From Chloroflexota bacterium (GTDB lineage Bacteria; Chloroflexota; Limnocylindria; Limnocylindrales; CSP1-4): a DNA stretch of 64,000 nt. The stretch is taken from contig JAQBHC010000062.1 in NCBI GenBank assembly GCA_032128175.1, positions 977 to 64,976 on the forward strand, read 5' to 3'. Positions 46,877-58,012 of the stretch are shown in pieces. The stretch's first letter is position 1. Every line of letters starts with the position of its first letter. The position numbers and the translations under genes are program-made. Under the pieces are notes generated by a model that worked only from the letters and a program-made list of their open reading frames with translations, did no database searches and was not told the DNA's origin.

Positions 46877-47824
46877 TCAGTCCGATGGTCCCGCTAAAGC
46901 CTGAGCGGCCGAATCGTCGAGGCTCAGGCCGTGCTCAACGGCGAAGGCGCGGATCGTCGAGGTCGCAGCCGTGTCCGCGTCCAGTTCGGCCAGACGAGCG
47001 AGGAGACGCGCCTTGTCCGTCGCCAGGGCCGACCAGCCTCGCAGCGCCTGATTGGCCGCGAGTTCGAGCTGCACGGCGGCGTCTGCCGGGTCTATGGCCA
47101 TGAGGGTCAGGCAGGCATCGAGTGCGGCGTCGAGATGCCCGGATGCTCGCTGTGATCTGGCGAGTGCGAGCAGGAGCGTCCTGGCCGAGGAAGCGTCTCC
47201 GCTGTCGAGGAGCGCGTCAGCCTTTCGCAGGGCCCTGGCGGGGTCAGAAATGTCGACGCCAGTCGATGGTCCGGGCTGCGCGTCCTGAGGGTTCGCCGAG
47301 CCCTCGGTGTCGTCGGCTGCACCGGCGGCCTGCTCGAGCAGTTGCACCGCCTGACGGCGGGCCTCGGCGGCCAGCGGGTCGGCATCCAGATCGCGGAGCA
47401 GCCCGGCCAGGCGCTCCAGCATCCGTCGCCGCGTCCGCGATTCGGCGATCTCGAGGGCTGCGCGGGCTGCATCGCACGCCTCGGCGAGCCGGCCGTCACG
47501 CTCCAGGGACACCGCGAGGACCTCCAGGTCGCGAGCCGCATCCAGCGACCGGCCCATGGCCATGCGCAGTGAAGCCCGACCGCGAAGCGCGCCTTCATCC
47601 GTGGGCGATCGCTGCAGGGCGGCCGTATACGCGGCATCCGCGTCGCGGTCCCGGCCGAGGCGCTCCAACACCTGCGCCAGACTCACCTGCGGGAGCGCGC
47701 GGTCCGGGGCGATCGCGGCCGCGGCCTCGAAGGCGGAGACGGCTGCCTCAAGCTTCCCGTGCAGCGCGGCGACGTGGCCGCGCCGCAAAGCATCCTTGTA
47801 CTGCTCGAAGAGGACCTGACTCAT
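46877..47824 (-). CDS. TPR-repeat protein
   Basis: Ala/Leu-rich helical repeats with a TPR-like periodicity. Its start overlaps the argF stop codon (ATGA). Confidence 0.55.
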   Translation of the reverse strand: MSQVLFEQYKDALRRGHVAALHGKLEAAVSAFEAAAAIAPDRALPQVSLAQVLERLGRDRDADAAYTAALQRSPTDEGALRGRASLRMAMGRSLDAARDLEVLAVSLERDGRLAEACDAARAALEIAESRTRRRMLERLAGLLRDLDADPLAAEARRQAVQLLEQAAGAADDTEGSANPQDAQPGPSTGVDISDPARALRKADALLDSGDASSARTLLLALARSQRASGHLDAALDACLTLMAIDPADAAVQLELAANQALRGWSALATDKARLLARLAELDADTAATSTIRAFAVEHGLSLDDSAAQALAGPSD

Positions 47825-48846
47825 GGCGCCGGATCCGCCTCACTGCGGTCCGCCGGAGGCAGGATCGCAACGTCGGTCCCGAGTATCTCGACGAGCAGTC
47901 CCTTCTGGACGTGGAGTCGGTTTTCCGACTGGCGGAAGACCAGGCTCTGCGGCCCATCCATGACACTCGACGTGATCTCCTCGCCCCGGTGCGCAGGCAG
48001 GCAATGCATGACTCGAGCCGCCGGACCAGCGATCCGGAGCAGGTCGTCATTGACCTGGTAGGCCGCGAACGACGCTCGGCGCGTTTCGGCCTCTTCCTCC
48101 TGGCCCATCGATGTCCAGGCGTCCGTGTACACGACGTCCGACCCCTCGACCATGGCGCGCGGATCATGCCCGATCTCGAGATGGCCGCCATACCGAGCCG
48201 CAAGCCCCTTGGCGGCCGCGACGACGGCCTGATCGGGACCATAGCCTGGCGGATGGGCCAGACGCACGATGGATCCCTGTCCGACGGCAACGAGCGCGAG
48301 TGAGTGGAAGACATTGTTCCCGTCGCCGACGAAGGTGATCACCCGGCCCTCGAGTGACCCGAACACTTCACGCACGGTGAACGCGTCGGTGAGCGCCTGG
48401 CACGGGTGTTCATGCAGGGTCAGGGCGTTGATCACCGGGATGGAGGCGCGCTCGGCGAATTCCGCGGCGATCGCATGGGGTCCGGTTCGAATCACAATCG
48501 CATCCACGAACGCCTCGAGGTTCCGGGCGACATCGGCGATGGATTCGCGGGCACCCCAGCCAACATTCCCCGACGTCAGCTGGATCGCCTGACCGCCCAG
48601 TTGGACCATTCCGGCTTCGAACGTCACGCGGGTCCGCAGCGATGGATGCTCGAACAGCATCGCCAGCGTGCGCCGTACGAGGGCCGGGCGGGCATGCCGC
48701 CGATCAGCCGCGAACTCCGTCTTGAGTGAGGCGGCGGTCTCGAAGACGCGGCGCACCTCCGGCGGCGCGAGATCCGCGGCGCTGATGAGGTCGCGGCCGT
48801 GCAAGCTGCCCAGAGCGGCGACGGACGGGGGCCTGCTGGTGGGCAT
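47821..48846 (-). CDS. argF: Ornithine carbamoyltransferase
   Basis: STRTR, HPCQAL and HCLPAHRGEE are the carbamoyl-phosphate and ornithine-binding motifs. Confidence 0.8.
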   Translation of the reverse strand: MPTSRPPSVAALGSLHGRDLISAADLAPPEVRRVFETAASLKTEFAADRRHARPALVRRTLAMLFEHPSLRTRVTFEAGMVQLGGQAIQLTSGNVGWGARESIADVARNLEAFVDAIVIRTGPHAIAAEFAERASIPVINALTLHEHPCQALTDAFTVREVFGSLEGRVITFVGDGNNVFHSLALVAVGQGSIVRLAHPPGYGPDQAVVAAAKGLAARYGGHLEIGHDPRAMVEGSDVVYTDAWTSMGQEEEAETRRASFAAYQVNDDLLRIAGPAARVMHCLPAHRGEEITSSVMDGPQSLVFRQSENRLHVQKGLLVEILGTDVAILPPADRSEADPAP

Positions 48847-48863
48847 GGCGTCCCGCCCTCGTA

Positions 48864-49259
48864 TCAGCGCTTCGTGTACTGCGGCGCCTTGCGGGCCCGC
48901 TTCAGGCCAAACTTCTTGCGTTCCTTCATGCGCGGGTCGCGCGTGAGGAAGCCGGCCTGGCGGAGCGAAAGACGATGCTCCGGGTCGAGCTCGAGCAGCG
49001 CGCGCGCGATCCCGTGTCGGATGGCGCCGGCCTGCCCGGTGACCCCGCCACCCTCGACCTTGATCATCGCGTTGAAGCGACCCTCGGTCCCCGTCACCCG
49101 ATAGGGCATGCGGACCTGAGCCTCATCGATGGCGTTGCCGAAATGCTCGAGGAGCGAGCGACCGTTGACGACGATCTCACCGTCACCCGGCATCAGGCGT
49201 ACGCGGGCGACGGCCGTCTTGCGTCGACCGGTACCTGAGTTGAAGACTGGGGTGGCCAT
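48864..49259 (-). CDS. rpsI: 30S ribosomal protein S9
   Basis: [12 protein letters not shown]...KAPQYTKR. Confidence 0.95.
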   Translation of the reverse strand: MATPVFNSGTGRRKTAVARVRLMPGDGEIVVNGRSLLEHFGNAIDEAQVRMPYRVTGTEGRFNAMIKVEGGGVTGQAGAIRHGIARALLELDPEHRLSLRQAGFLTRDPRMKERKKFGLKRARKAPQYTKR

Positions 49260-49269
49260 GATTCCTCCG

Positions 49270-49701
49270 TCAGGCGAGCGGCTCAGGCCGCTGGGCCTGA
49301 TGCGGATGGTCTGATCCCGCGTAGATCTTGAGTTTGCGGAGCTGCTGCGTCCCGAGCCGATTGTGCGGCAACATGCCCTTTACCGCGCGCCGCAGGACTT
49401 CCTCCGGACGCCGCTCAAGAAGGTGCCCGAGGGCCTCTTCCTTGAAGCCGTGCGGGTGGCCGCTGTGACGTGCGTAGGACTTGGACTCCGCCTTGTCCCG
49501 GGTCACCGTGACCTTCGAGGCGTTCAAGATGATGACGTGATCCCCGGTATCGAGGTGAGCCGTGTAGGTCGGCTTGTTCTTGCCGGAGAGGACACGCGCG
49601 ACCTGTGTGGCAAGGCGGCCCAGCGTCTGGCCCGTCGCGTCCACGACAAACCAGCGACGCTCGATCTCGCTCTCCCGGGCCGTATAGGTCTTGGCGTTCA
49701 T
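49270..49701 (-). CDS. rplM: 50S ribosomal protein L13
   Basis: [16 protein letters not shown]...[16 protein letters not shown]. Confidence 0.95.
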   Translation of the reverse strand: MNAKTYTARESEIERRWFVVDATGQTLGRLATQVARVLSGKNKPTYTAHLDTGDHVIILNASKVTVTRDKAESKSYARHSGHPHGFKEEALGHLLERRPEEVLRRAVKGMLPHNRLGTQQLRKLKIYAGSDHPHQAQRPEPLA

Positions 49702-50510
49702 CGTTCCTCGTGTTCTCCGCTCGTTCGCCCCGCTCGTCGTCCAAGGACGACGCGCCGGAGGCTCAGTCCCTTGGCCGGGGCTGCGACCCCGCCAAAGGCC
49801 GGTCCACGTCCGGCGAGTGCCGGCGCGACCGCAGATTCCTCAATCGTTCCCTTCCCTACGCCGATCAGCGCGGCGACCATGCGCCGGGCCATCCCTCGCA
49901 GGAAGGCAGTAGCACGAATGTCAATCGTGACCAGATGCCCATCCTTCCGAACCCGAACGTGGTGTACGTCCCGGACCGGCTGTGGATCGGCCCCGCCGAA
50001 GGCGCTGAAGTCGTGCCGACCAACAAAGGCCTGCGCGGCTCGTGCCATCGCTTCCGTATCCAGGCGGTTCCGCACCCAGAGCGCAGTACGCTCTCGAAGC
50101 GGGCTCCGCGGCCCGTTCCAAACGGTGTAACGGTACTCCCGATACCGTGCCGCGTAGCGAGGGTGGAAGCCCTTGGCTGCTGGTCGAAGGTCGCGAATCG
50201 CGACATCCGGTGGAAGCAGGCCGTTGATGGCCTCGGCCAGCGCCGCCGCCTGGAGCCTCCCCGCATAGGTGAATGCGATCACCATGCCGGTTGCATGTAC
50301 TCCCGCGTCGGTCCGGCCTGCGCCATCCACCGGCAGCCGGGCTCCACCTGAGAGGTGGGCCAGCGCGGTTTCGAGCGCCCCCTGGACCGTCCGGGTTCCA
50401 GGTTGAGCCTGAAAACCGGCGAATTCCGTGCCGTCATATTCAACCCGTGCCTTGTACCGCACGGGGACACTCTCTCGAGTGTCGCTCTCGACGCCCCTGA
50501 GGGCGCTCAT
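49698..50510 (-). CDS. truA: tRNA pseudouridine(38-40) synthase TruA
   Basis: [12 protein letters not shown] and GRTDAGVHA. Confidence 0.9.
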   Translation of the reverse strand: MSALRGVESDTRESVPVRYKARVEYDGTEFAGFQAQPGTRTVQGALETALAHLSGGARLPVDGAGRTDAGVHATGMVIAFTYAGRLQAAALAEAINGLLPPDVAIRDLRPAAKGFHPRYAARYREYRYTVWNGPRSPLRERTALWVRNRLDTEAMARAAQAFVGRHDFSAFGGADPQPVRDVHHVRVRKDGHLVTIDIRATAFLRGMARRMVAALIGVGKGTIEESAVAPALAGRGPAFGGVAAPAKGLSLRRVVLGRRAGRTSGEHEER

Positions 50511-50518
50511 GTCTTCGC

Positions 50519-50872
50519 TCAGACCAACTCGATCTGAACGATCTCGGCGGCATCGCCCGACCGCTGACCGATCTTGATGATCCGGGTGTACCCGGATGTT
50601 CGATCGGCGTACTTCGGGGCGATTTCGTCGAACAATTTGGTAATGACGAGCGGCTCGTTCGGGAATGCCGAAGTCACCGCGCGTCGGGCCGCAAGGTCGC
50701 CTCGCTTGGCAAGGGTGATCATTCGCTCAACCCGTCCCTGGACTTCCTTGGCCTTGGCCTCGGTCGTCTTGACCCGCTCATAGCGGAGGATCGAGACCGT
50801 AAGGTTCTTGAAGAGGGCCATGCGCGGGCCGGTCTTCCGGCTGAGCTTGCGGCCGTCGATGCGGTGAGCCAT
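50519..50872 (-). CDS. rplQ: 50S ribosomal protein L17
   Basis: MAHRIDGRKLSRKTGPRMALFKNL. I chose the internal Met, which abuts the rpoA stop codon. Confidence 0.9.
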   Translation of the reverse strand: MAHRIDGRKLSRKTGPRMALFKNLTVSILRYERVKTTEAKAKEVQGRVERMITLAKRGDLAARRAVTSAFPNEPLVITKLFDEIAPKYADRTSGYTRIIKIGQRSGDAAEIVQIELV

Positions 50873-50873
50873 G

Positions 50874-51869
50874 TCAGTCGTCGTCGCCTTCGGACGGCGC
50901 GTCCGTCTCAGCGTCATCGCCGCCGAGGCTCATCGGCTCGCTCTCCGGGAGAATGAAGCCGCGCATCGCGAGGCGCTCCTTCATCTCGTCGAGCGACTTC
51001 TTGCCGAAGTTGCGCATGCGCAGGAGATCGTCGTCCTTCAGCTGCAGCAGCTGTCCAACCTTGACGATGTTGTTGCGCTTGAGCGAGTTGTAGGCACGCA
51101 TCGGGAGGTCGAGCTCCTCGATCGGCATGTCCAGCATGTTCGGCGGGAGCTGTGGAACGCCGGTCGCCTCGCGATCGACGTGGAGGGGCGCCTGGCCGAT
51201 CGTCACGAATGGACGGAACTGATCCATCAACATCTGCGCGGAGCGGCTGAGCGCCTCTTCAGGCGTCAAGCTTCCGTCTGTCTCGATCTCGATCGTCAAT
51301 TTGTCGAAGTTCGTGATCTGGCCGACGCGCATGCTCTCGACCCAGTAGTTCACCTTCCGGACCGGGGCAAAGATGGCGTCAACGGCGATGACGCCGATCG
51401 GGAGCGCCTCGGCGCGCTCGGCGCCCAGGTACCCGACGCCGCGCTCGACCGTGAGGTCCATTTCGATGGTCACGTCGTCGGCATCGAGCGTCATCAGGAG
51501 AAGATCCGGGTTCACGATCTCGATATCGGCCGACTCCGTGAGGTCGCCGGCAAGGACCGGACCGGCTCCGCTCTTCGTGAGCCGGAGCTGAACCGGATGC
51601 GCCGCGAAACTCTTGAGCCGCAGCTTCTTGACGTTGAGGACGATCTGGGTCACGTCTTCCTTGACGCCCGGGATCGTGGAGAACTCCTGGTAGATGTCAC
51701 GGATCTGGATGGACGTGACGGCGGCGCCCTCGAGCGACGACAGCAGGACGCGCCGGAGCGCATTTCCAAGCGTGACGCCGTACCCAGCCTGCAGCGGTCC
51801 GGCCTCGTACTTGCCGTACGTGCCGACTTCCTCGACGGGCTCGATCTGCGGGGTCTCGACTTCAATCAT
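50874..51869 (-). CDS. rpoA: DNA-directed RNA polymerase alpha subunit
   Basis: An NTD dimerisation domain plus the C-terminal domain (EELDLPMRAYNSLKRNNI). Confidence 0.95.
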   Translation of the reverse strand: MIEVETPQIEPVEEVGTYGKYEAGPLQAGYGVTLGNALRRVLLSSLEGAAVTSIQIRDIYQEFSTIPGVKEDVTQIVLNVKKLRLKSFAAHPVQLRLTKSGAGPVLAGDLTESADIEIVNPDLLLMTLDADDVTIEMDLTVERGVGYLGAERAEALPIGVIAVDAIFAPVRKVNYWVESMRVGQITNFDKLTIEIETDGSLTPEEALSRSAQMLMDQFRPFVTIGQAPLHVDREATGVPQLPPNMLDMPIEELDLPMRAYNSLKRNNIVKVGQLLQLKDDDLLRMRNFGKKSLDEMKERLAMRGFILPESEPMSLGGDDAETDAPSEGDDD

Positions 51870-51878
51870 GGGGATGGT

Positions 51879-52505
51879 TTACCTCGAGTAGAACTCGACC
51901 ACGAGCTGCTCGTTGAGATCGAGCGGCATCTGGTCGCGTCGGGGAAGGCTCAGGACGCTGCCTGCAAGACGGGCCGGCTCAAGACCGAGCCACTCCGGCG
52001 CCTGATGGGAGCGCAGGGTCTCCTTGGCGTTCTTGAACGGTTCGAGTTCACGACGGGTCTCACGGACCTCGATCCGATCCCCCGGCTTCGTGACGTACGA
52101 CGGGATATCCGTGGGGACGCCGTTGACGGTGAAGTGGCCATGATTCACGAGCTGCCGGGCCTGGGCTCGCGATGAGGCAAAGCCAAGCCGGAAAACCACA
52201 TTGTCCAGGCGCGTCTCGAGGCACCTGAGGAGGTTCTCTCCGGTGACGCCTTCCTGGTGTTCGGCAACCACGAAGTAGTTGTGGAACTGGCGCTCAAGCA
52301 CGGAATAGACGCGTCGGACCTTCTGCTTCTCGCGCAGCTGGATGCCGAAGTCGCCCATCTTCCGGCGGCGCACGCCATGCTGTCCGGGCGGACTCGGGCG
52401 GCGCTCAAACGCGCACTTCTTGGAATAGCAGCGCGTGCCTTTCAGGAAGAGCTTGGCGCCCTCCCGACGGCACAGGCGACAGACCGGTTCGGTGTATCTG
52501 GCCAT
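51879..52505 (-). CDS. rpsD: 30S ribosomal protein S4 (Zn-finger type)
   Basis: [16 protein letters not shown]...CYSKKC. Confidence 0.95.
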   Translation of the reverse strand: MARYTEPVCRLCRREGAKLFLKGTRCYSKKCAFERRPSPPGQHGVRRRKMGDFGIQLREKQKVRRVYSVLERQFHNYFVVAEHQEGVTGENLLRCLETRLDNVVFRLGFASSRAQARQLVNHGHFTVNGVPTDIPSYVTKPGDRIEVRETRRELEPFKNAKETLRSHQAPEWLGLEPARLAGSVLSLPRRDQMPLDLNEQLVVEFYSR

Positions 52506-52521
52506 TGGTTCCTGTCTCCGC

Positions 52522-52917
52522 TCAGACCCGGCGCCGCTTCGGCGGGCGGCATCCGTTATGCGGGATTGGCGTGACGTCAGTGATTGCCGTGACCTCGAGG
52601 CCCGCGGTCTGCAGCGAGCGGACCGCCTGCTCGCGCCCGGCGCCCGGGCCCTTCACGTAGACTTCGACCTGGCGCATGCCGTGCTCCATCGCCTTGCGGG
52701 CGGCGATTTCGGCCGACATGGCAGCCGCGTAGGGCGTGCTCTTGCGGGACCCCTTGAAGCCGGCTACGCCGGCAGAGCCCCAGCTGACCACCGCGCCGGA
52801 GAGATCCGTGATGGTGATGATCGTGTTGTTGAAGGACGCCAGGACATGGACGTGCCCCTGGGGCACGTTCTTCTTTTCCCGCCGTCGCTGCTTGACGGCG
52901 CGCTTCCGTTCAGCCAT
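52522..52917 (-). CDS. rpsK: 30S ribosomal protein S11
   Basis: [18 protein letters not shown]. Confidence 0.95.
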   Translation of the reverse strand: MAERKRAVKQRRREKKNVPQGHVHVLASFNNTIITITDLSGAVVSWGSAGVAGFKGSRKSTPYAAAMSAEIAARKAMEHGMRQVEVYVKGPGAGREQAVRSLQTAGLEVTAITDVTPIPHNGCRPPKRRRV

Positions 52918-52938
52918 GCGTTTCGCGATCCCTCAGTA

Positions 52939-53316
52939 CTACTTCGTGGCCTTGCGACGCGCGCCGACCGTCTTCTTCGGTCCGCGCCGCTGCCGGGCGT
53001 TGGTCTTGGTTCTCTGGCCGCGCACTGGAAGGTTCCGCCGATGGCGGAGACCCCGGTACGAGCCGATCTCGATCAGTCGTTTGACGTTGAGCGCCACTTC
53101 CCGGCGCAGGTCGCCTTCTACCTTGAAGCGTCGATCGATGAGCTCCCGAAGTCGGTTGACCTGCTCTTCCGTCAGGTCTCGAACCCGCGTGTCAGCGTTG
53201 ACGTTCGTCTGAGTCAGGATCTTCTGCGCACTGGGCAACCCGATGCCGAAGATGTAGGTGAGCGCCACTTCCACGCGCTTCTCGCGAGGAATGTCGATGC
53301 CGGCGATGCGTGCCAT
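52939..53316 (-). CDS. rpsM: 30S ribosomal protein S13
   Basis: [26 protein letters not shown]. Confidence 0.95.
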   Translation of the reverse strand: MARIAGIDIPREKRVEVALTYIFGIGLPSAQKILTQTNVNADTRVRDLTEEQVNRLRELIDRRFKVEGDLRREVALNVKRLIEIGSYRGLRHRRNLPVRGQRTKTNARQRRGPKKTVGARRKATK

Positions 53317-53320
53317 CTGA

Positions 53321-53434
53321 CTACCCCTGCCGCTGCTTGTGTTTCGGGTTCGTGCAGATGACCATCACTGTCCCGTGGCGGCGAATCACTTTGCAGTTGT
53401 CGCAGCGCGTCTTGATGGAGGCTCTGACTTTCAA
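53321..53434 (-). CDS. rpmJ: 50S ribosomal protein L36 (TTG start; not in ORF track)
   Basis: Hand translation gives (M)[36 protein letters not shown], the canonical 37-aa L36 with Cys3-His ligands. Confidence 0.85.
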   Translation of the reverse strand: MKVRASIKTRCDNCKVIRRHGTVMVICTNPKHKQRQG

Positions 53435-53480
53435 CGGATCCTCGGGTCATGGTGGCTGCCGCGGCAGCCGGGCGATTGCT

Positions 53481-53699
53481 CTACTTCAGCCGGTAGGTAA
53501 TGCGACCGCGCGTCAGGTCGTACGGGGAGAGTTCTACCCGAACGCGGTCACCAGGCAGGATTCGAATGAAGTTCATGCGGAGCTTGCCTGAAATGTGGGC
53601 CAACACCCGGTGCCCGTTCTCAAGTTCGACGGAAAACATGGTATTCGGAAGCGGTTCGAGAACCGTTCCCTCAACTTCGATCGCGTCTTTCTTGGCCAC
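53481..53699 (-). CDS. infA: Translation initiation factor IF-1
   Basis: [41 protein letters not shown]. Confidence 0.95.
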   Translation of the reverse strand: MAKKDAIEVEGTVLEPLPNTMFSVELENGHRVLAHISGKLRMNFIRILPGDRVRVELSPYDLTRGRITYRLK

Positions 53700-53799
53700 G
53701 AGCGGTGCTAGGTCCCTTTCTCACCACGAGTGCCGGCCCGGCGGGCCGACACACGAAAGCGTAGCGTATCAGAAATGAGCTTGGTCGGGCAACTCTGGA

Positions 53800-54576
53800 T
53801 CAGATCGTCGTCAGGATTTGCGGACCATGCTCGGTCACGGCGATCGTGTGCTCGAAATGTGCGGCCAGCGATCCGTCTGCCGTCACGACCGTCCAATGGT
53901 CCGCCATGACCTCGACCTCACCGCCACCGAGCGTGAACATCGGCTCAATGGCGAGGCACATCCCGGGCTGGAGCTCCATCCCGCGATAGCCGGTTCGATA
54001 GTTGGGTATCTGCGGATCCTGATGCATCTCGGTGCCTATTCCGTGTCCGACGAACTGGCGGACGATGCCAAAGCCTGCCTGCTTGCCGACGTCCTCGACG
54101 GCCGCCGAGATGTCACCGACCCGGTGCCCGGCGACTGCGGCAGCGATCCCGGCCATCATGGCCAGCCTGGTCGCCGCCACAAGATCCTGGATCTCGATAC
54201 TCACCTCGCCGAGAATGAAGGTGCGCGCAGCATCGCCATGCCAGCCATCCACGATCACACCGACATCCACTGACACGAGCTGGCCATCGCGAATGACCCG
54301 CTCGCCGGGAATGCCGTGCACGACCTCGGTGTCGAGAGATATGCAGGTGCTCGCTGGAAAGGCCGCCGGTCCCCGACCGTAGCGGCCGCCACCGAGATAG
54401 CCCTTGAACGATGGGGTTCCGCCCGAGGCGCGAATATGCTGCTCGGCCAGGCGGTCGAGATGGCCGGTTGTCACGCCGGGCTTGAGCTCCGATTCAACCA
54501 GTGCGAGGACCTCGGCGACTATTCGGCCGGCACGGCGCATCTTGTCGATCTCGCGTTTCGACTTGCGTGAGACCAC
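53800..54576 (-). CDS. map: Methionine aminopeptidase (type I)
   Basis: The pita-bread-fold metal ligands are present (D..D..H..E..E). Confidence 0.9.
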   Translation of the reverse strand: MVSRKSKREIDKMRRAGRIVAEVLALVESELKPGVTTGHLDRLAEQHIRASGGTPSFKGYLGGGRYGRGPAAFPASTCISLDTEVVHGIPGERVIRDGQLVSVDVGVIVDGWHGDAARTFILGEVSIEIQDLVAATRLAMMAGIAAAVAGHRVGDISAAVEDVGKQAGFGIVRQFVGHGIGTEMHQDPQIPNYRTGYRGMELQPGMCLAIEPMFTLGGGEVEVMADHWTVVTADGSLAAHFEHTIAVTEHGPQILTTI

Positions 54577-54579
54577 GAC

Positions 54580-55260
54580 TCAGACCCGGCCGGCAGACGA
54601 CAGATCCGAATCGCCGAACCCGAGTGCGGCCAGGAGCCCCGCGGCAACCTCGGGGATCATGCGGCGCCCGTCCACGATCCGCAGCGCAGCGGTGCGGCGG
54701 TAGTGGGCCTCGACTTCCAGGAGGTCATCGAGCGTGCTGGTCAGACGAGCACGAATGGTTTCGGGCGTGTCATCGGCGCGCTGGATGAGCGGAGACCCGT
54801 CAAGGTCACACGTACCGAGCACCTTTGGCGGGTTGAGTCGAACGTGGAACGTATGCCCGGCCGCTTCACAGACGCGCCGCCCGGCGAGCCGTTCGACGAG
54901 CTCTTCAGCGGGCACATCGATCATGAGCGCCGCGCTGACACGTGTCCCGAGCCCGGACAGGAATTCGTCGAGCGCGACCGCCTGAACGGCGGTCCGCGGA
55001 AACCCGTCGAGGATGGCGCCCTCAGCTGCGTCGGGCAGCCGGAGGCGTTCTTCGAGCATCCGGATCGTCACATCGTCCGGGACGAGCTGGCCGCGGTCCA
55101 TGTAGCCCTTGGCTTCAAGCCCGACGGGCGTCGCAGCGCGGATCGCGGCTCGGAAGAGGTCCCCGGTGGCAACGTGCGGGATCCCCAGGCGGTCCCGCAG
55201 AACCGCAGCCTGCGTGCCTTTCCCGGCGCCAGGGGCGCCAAGAAGCACGACGATGATCAC
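54580..55260 (-). CDS. adk: Adenylate kinase (long form, degenerate lid metal site)
   Basis: GAPGAGKGTQA is the P-loop. The lid ligand positions read C-A...C-D rather than Cys4. Confidence 0.9.
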   Translation of the reverse strand: MIIVVLLGAPGAGKGTQAAVLRDRLGIPHVATGDLFRAAIRAATPVGLEAKGYMDRGQLVPDDVTIRMLEERLRLPDAAEGAILDGFPRTAVQAVALDEFLSGLGTRVSAALMIDVPAEELVERLAGRRVCEAAGHTFHVRLNPPKVLGTCDLDGSPLIQRADDTPETIRARLTSTLDDLLEVEAHYRRTAALRIVDGRRMIPEVAAGLLAALGFGDSDLSSAGRV

Positions 55261-56540
55261 CGGATGAAGCCCTCGTAGTTGCGCATCATCAACTGCGCTT
55301 CAATCTGCTTCATCGTTTCGACGACGACAGACACCACAATCAGGAGGCCCGTCCCTCCGAGCGCGAACCCCTGGAGCGACGGATCCAGCACGCCGGCCAT
55401 GACGGGAGCAACCGCGACGGTGCCGAGGAAGAGCGCCCCGGCGAGCGTGATTCGCGAAACGACCCGGGCGAGGTAGTCCTGCGTCGGGCGCCCCGGGCGG
55501 ATGCCGGGGATGAAGCCGCCGTTCTTTCGGAGCTGCTCCGCGGTTTCGTCGGGCTTGAACGTGAAGGCGGTGTAGAAGTAGGTGAATCCGATCGTCAGCA
55601 GGAAGTACATGATCGCGTACTGGATGGTCGTCGACCCAAGGAAGCCGGCGATGGCCGTCGCGACGTCCTGGACCCCCTGCACCGTGGAGTACGAGAAGTA
55701 CAGGGCGAGCTGGGCCGGGAACTGGAGGATCGAGACCGCGAAGATGATCGGGATCACGCCGGCGAGATTGACCCGCAGCGGCAGAAATGTCTGCCCGCCC
55801 TGATACATGCGCCGGCCGCGGACGCGGCTCGCGTATTGGATCGGAATGCGGCGCTGGCCTTCCTGAATGTAGATGATCACCGTCACGGCGACGATCGCGA
55901 GGATGGCAAACAGGACGACGTCGCGGATCTGCTGGCCGCCCCCGAGAAGGCCGGCCACGGCCGAGGGGGCCTGACTGACGATACCGGCGAAGATGATGAA
56001 GCTGATGCCGTTGCCGATGCCCTTCTCGGTGATCAGTTCACCGAGCCACATCAAGATCACCGCGCCGGCGACCATGGTCACCATCTGGACCCACGAGAGC
56101 GCGTTGCCGAGGCCGAAACCACCGAGGATGATCCCATCGGCATTGAGGGCCGAGAGGATCCCGAACGCCTGAAGGAATGCCATCGGGATCGTCAGGTAAC
56201 GCGTGTACTGATTCAGCCGCTGGCGCCCGTACTCCCCCTCCCGGCTGAGCGCCTGCAGCGACGGGATAACGCCCTGCATCAGCTGCATGATGATCGAGGC
56301 GTTGATGTACGGGTTCATGGCCAGGCCCACGATGGACAGCTGGGACAGCCCACCGCCGGCGAAGAGGTCGATGATCCCGAAGGCGGTGTTACGCTCGAAA
56401 AACGCCGCGAGCTGCTCGCGGTCCACGCCCGGAAGCGGGACCTGCGCCAGCATTCGATAGACGATCAGGATCCCCAGGACGAACAGCAGTCGCCGGCGAA
56501 TATCCGGCGCGCGGAACGCGTTGAGCAGCGACTCGAACAC
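55257..56540 (-). CDS. secY: Preprotein translocase subunit SecY
   Basis: A 10-TM protein with the SecY signature (GIQPGIRPGR-like GGFIPGIRPGRPT). Confidence 0.95.
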   Translation of the reverse strand: MFESLLNAFRAPDIRRRLLFVLGILIVYRMLAQVPLPGVDREQLAAFFERNTAFGIIDLFAGGGLSQLSIVGLAMNPYINASIIMQLMQGVIPSLQALSREGEYGRQRLNQYTRYLTIPMAFLQAFGILSALNADGIILGGFGLGNALSWVQMVTMVAGAVILMWLGELITEKGIGNGISFIIFAGIVSQAPSAVAGLLGGGQQIRDVVLFAILAIVAVTVIIYIQEGQRRIPIQYASRVRGRRMYQGGQTFLPLRVNLAGVIPIIFAVSILQFPAQLALYFSYSTVQGVQDVATAIAGFLGSTTIQYAIMYFLLTIGFTYFYTAFTFKPDETAEQLRKNGGFIPGIRPGRPTQDYLARVVSRITLAGALFLGTVAVAPVMAGVLDPSLQGFALGGTGLLIVVSVVVETMKQIEAQLMMRNYEGFIR

Positions 56541-56542
56541 GG

Positions 56543-57229
56543 TCAGGCGTCCGCCGCGCCGTCAGACTCGGATGCATCGGATCCGCCACTCTCGGCAACA
56601 TCCGAAGCGGGTTCCGTCGCTGCTCCCGGCGCTTCGGCTGAAACGGCTTCCGCTTTGGCCTTCGGACTGGGTTCGCTGCGCTTGATCTCAAGGCCAAGGG
56701 CTTCCATGGGGCTGGTCGGGATCTCGAGGAGTGACACGGAGCCACCGGCCGCTTCGATCTTCGTCCGGGCTGAGGCGCTCACGGCGTCAGCAACGAGGAA
56801 CAGCGGTGCCCGAATCTCGCCGTAGCCAAGGATCTTCATCGGCTTGTTCAGGTTACGTACGAGGCCGGCGGCTCGGAGGATCTCCTGGTTGACAGTGATC
56901 GGCGCGGGGGCGCCCTTGGATGACTTCTTCGCTCCGGGCAGGTCACCCGGTTCGAGGACGCCGAGCTCGAGCAATTGATCGATTGCCCCGATGTTCACGA
57001 TCTCGTATTCGATCTTGAAAGGATTCTTGAAGCCGCGGAGCTTTGGGATCCGAACGTGGAGGGGCGTCTGGCCACCTTCGAACCGAGCCGGAATCGAACC
57101 ACCGGCTCGAGCCTTCTGGCCCTTCGTGCCTCGCCCGGCAGTCTTGCCCTGGCCGGCGGCGATGCCGCGTCCGACGCGACGCCTCTTCTTGCGGGACCCC
57201 GGCGCTGGCCGGAGATCGTGGAGCTTCAT
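56543..57229 (-). CDS. rplO: 50S ribosomal protein L15 with ~80-aa Ala/Glu/Ser-rich C-terminal extension
   Basis: [34 protein letters not shown] is L15; the tail is low complexity. Confidence 0.9.
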   Translation of the reverse strand: MKLHDLRPAPGSRKKRRRVGRGIAAGQGKTAGRGTKGQKARAGGSIPARFEGGQTPLHVRIPKLRGFKNPFKIEYEIVNIGAIDQLLELGVLEPGDLPGAKKSSKGAPAPITVNQEILRAAGLVRNLNKPMKILGYGEIRAPLFLVADAVSASARTKIEAAGGSVSLLEIPTSPMEALGLEIKRSEPSPKAKAEAVSAEAPGAATEPASDVAESGGSDASESDGAADA

Positions 57230-57480
57230 GCCTTCTCCTGGGCGTCATCGCCGCCGCGGCTCTTGCCAGCGGCGCCATGATCACTCGTTGCTGCTGAGAC
57301 TTCCTCAACGGACACGAGGAATCGGACCTGGCGGACCATGCCTCTGGTTGCCGCGTTATCCGCGACCTCGACAGTGCTGCCGATGCCGCGCAGTCCGAGT
57401 GCCTCGATGGTCGCTCGGTTTCGGGCGATATGCCCGATCGTGCTCCTGATCTGTGTGACGCGCAGCAGATTACCGGCCAC
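57226..57480 (-). CDS. rpmD: 50S ribosomal protein L30 (with terminal extensions; start approximate)
   Basis: [34 protein letters not shown]...[16 protein letters not shown]. Confidence 0.75.
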   Translation of the reverse strand: MAGNLLRVTQIRSTIGHIARNRATIEALGLRGIGSTVEVADNAATRGMVRQVRFLVSVEEVSAATSDHGAAGKSRGGDDAQEKA

Positions 57481-58003
57481 GACCGACCTCGGTGGCGGGC
57501 TGACCCGCGATGCGGCTTCGGAGGGTGATGCCTCGGCGCGCACCCAGCTCTTCAGCCGAGTGCAGGCTGCGCAGGGCCTCCAGGGTGGCCCGCGTGACGT
57601 TCACCGGGTTGGTGGAGCCGTGGACCTTCGACAGGATGTCGCGGATTCCGGCCGATTCCACGACCGCGCGAACTGAGCCACCGGCGATGACGCCGGTGCC
57701 CTGCGAGGCTGGCTTCAGGAGCACGCTGCTGGCGGAGTATTCCGTGCGAATCTCGTGCGGGATCGTGGTCCCGACCATCGGAACCTTGATCAGGTTCTTC
57801 TTGGCGTCCTCGACGCCCTTGCGGATCGCCTCCGGGACCTCGCCGGCCTTACCCAGGCCGACCCCGACGTGGCCGGCGCCGTCGCCAACGACGATGACCG
57901 CGCTGAAGCTGAAGCGACGGCCGCCCTTGACGACCTTCGCGACGCGATTGATCTGGACGACGCGCTCCTCGAGCGCGAGCTTGTTGGGGTCGATCCGTGC
58001 CAC
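57470..58003 (-). CDS. rpsE: 30S ribosomal protein S5
   Basis: [28 protein letters not shown]. Confidence 0.95.
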   Translation of the reverse strand: MARIDPNKLALEERVVQINRVAKVVKGGRRFSFSAVIVVGDGAGHVGVGLGKAGEVPEAIRKGVEDAKKNLIKVPMVGTTIPHEIRTEYSASSVLLKPASQGTGVIAGGSVRAVVESAGIRDILSKVHGSTNPVNVTRATLEALRSLHSAEELGARRGITLRSRIAGQPATEVGRGR

Positions 58004-58012
58004 GTCAGCTCC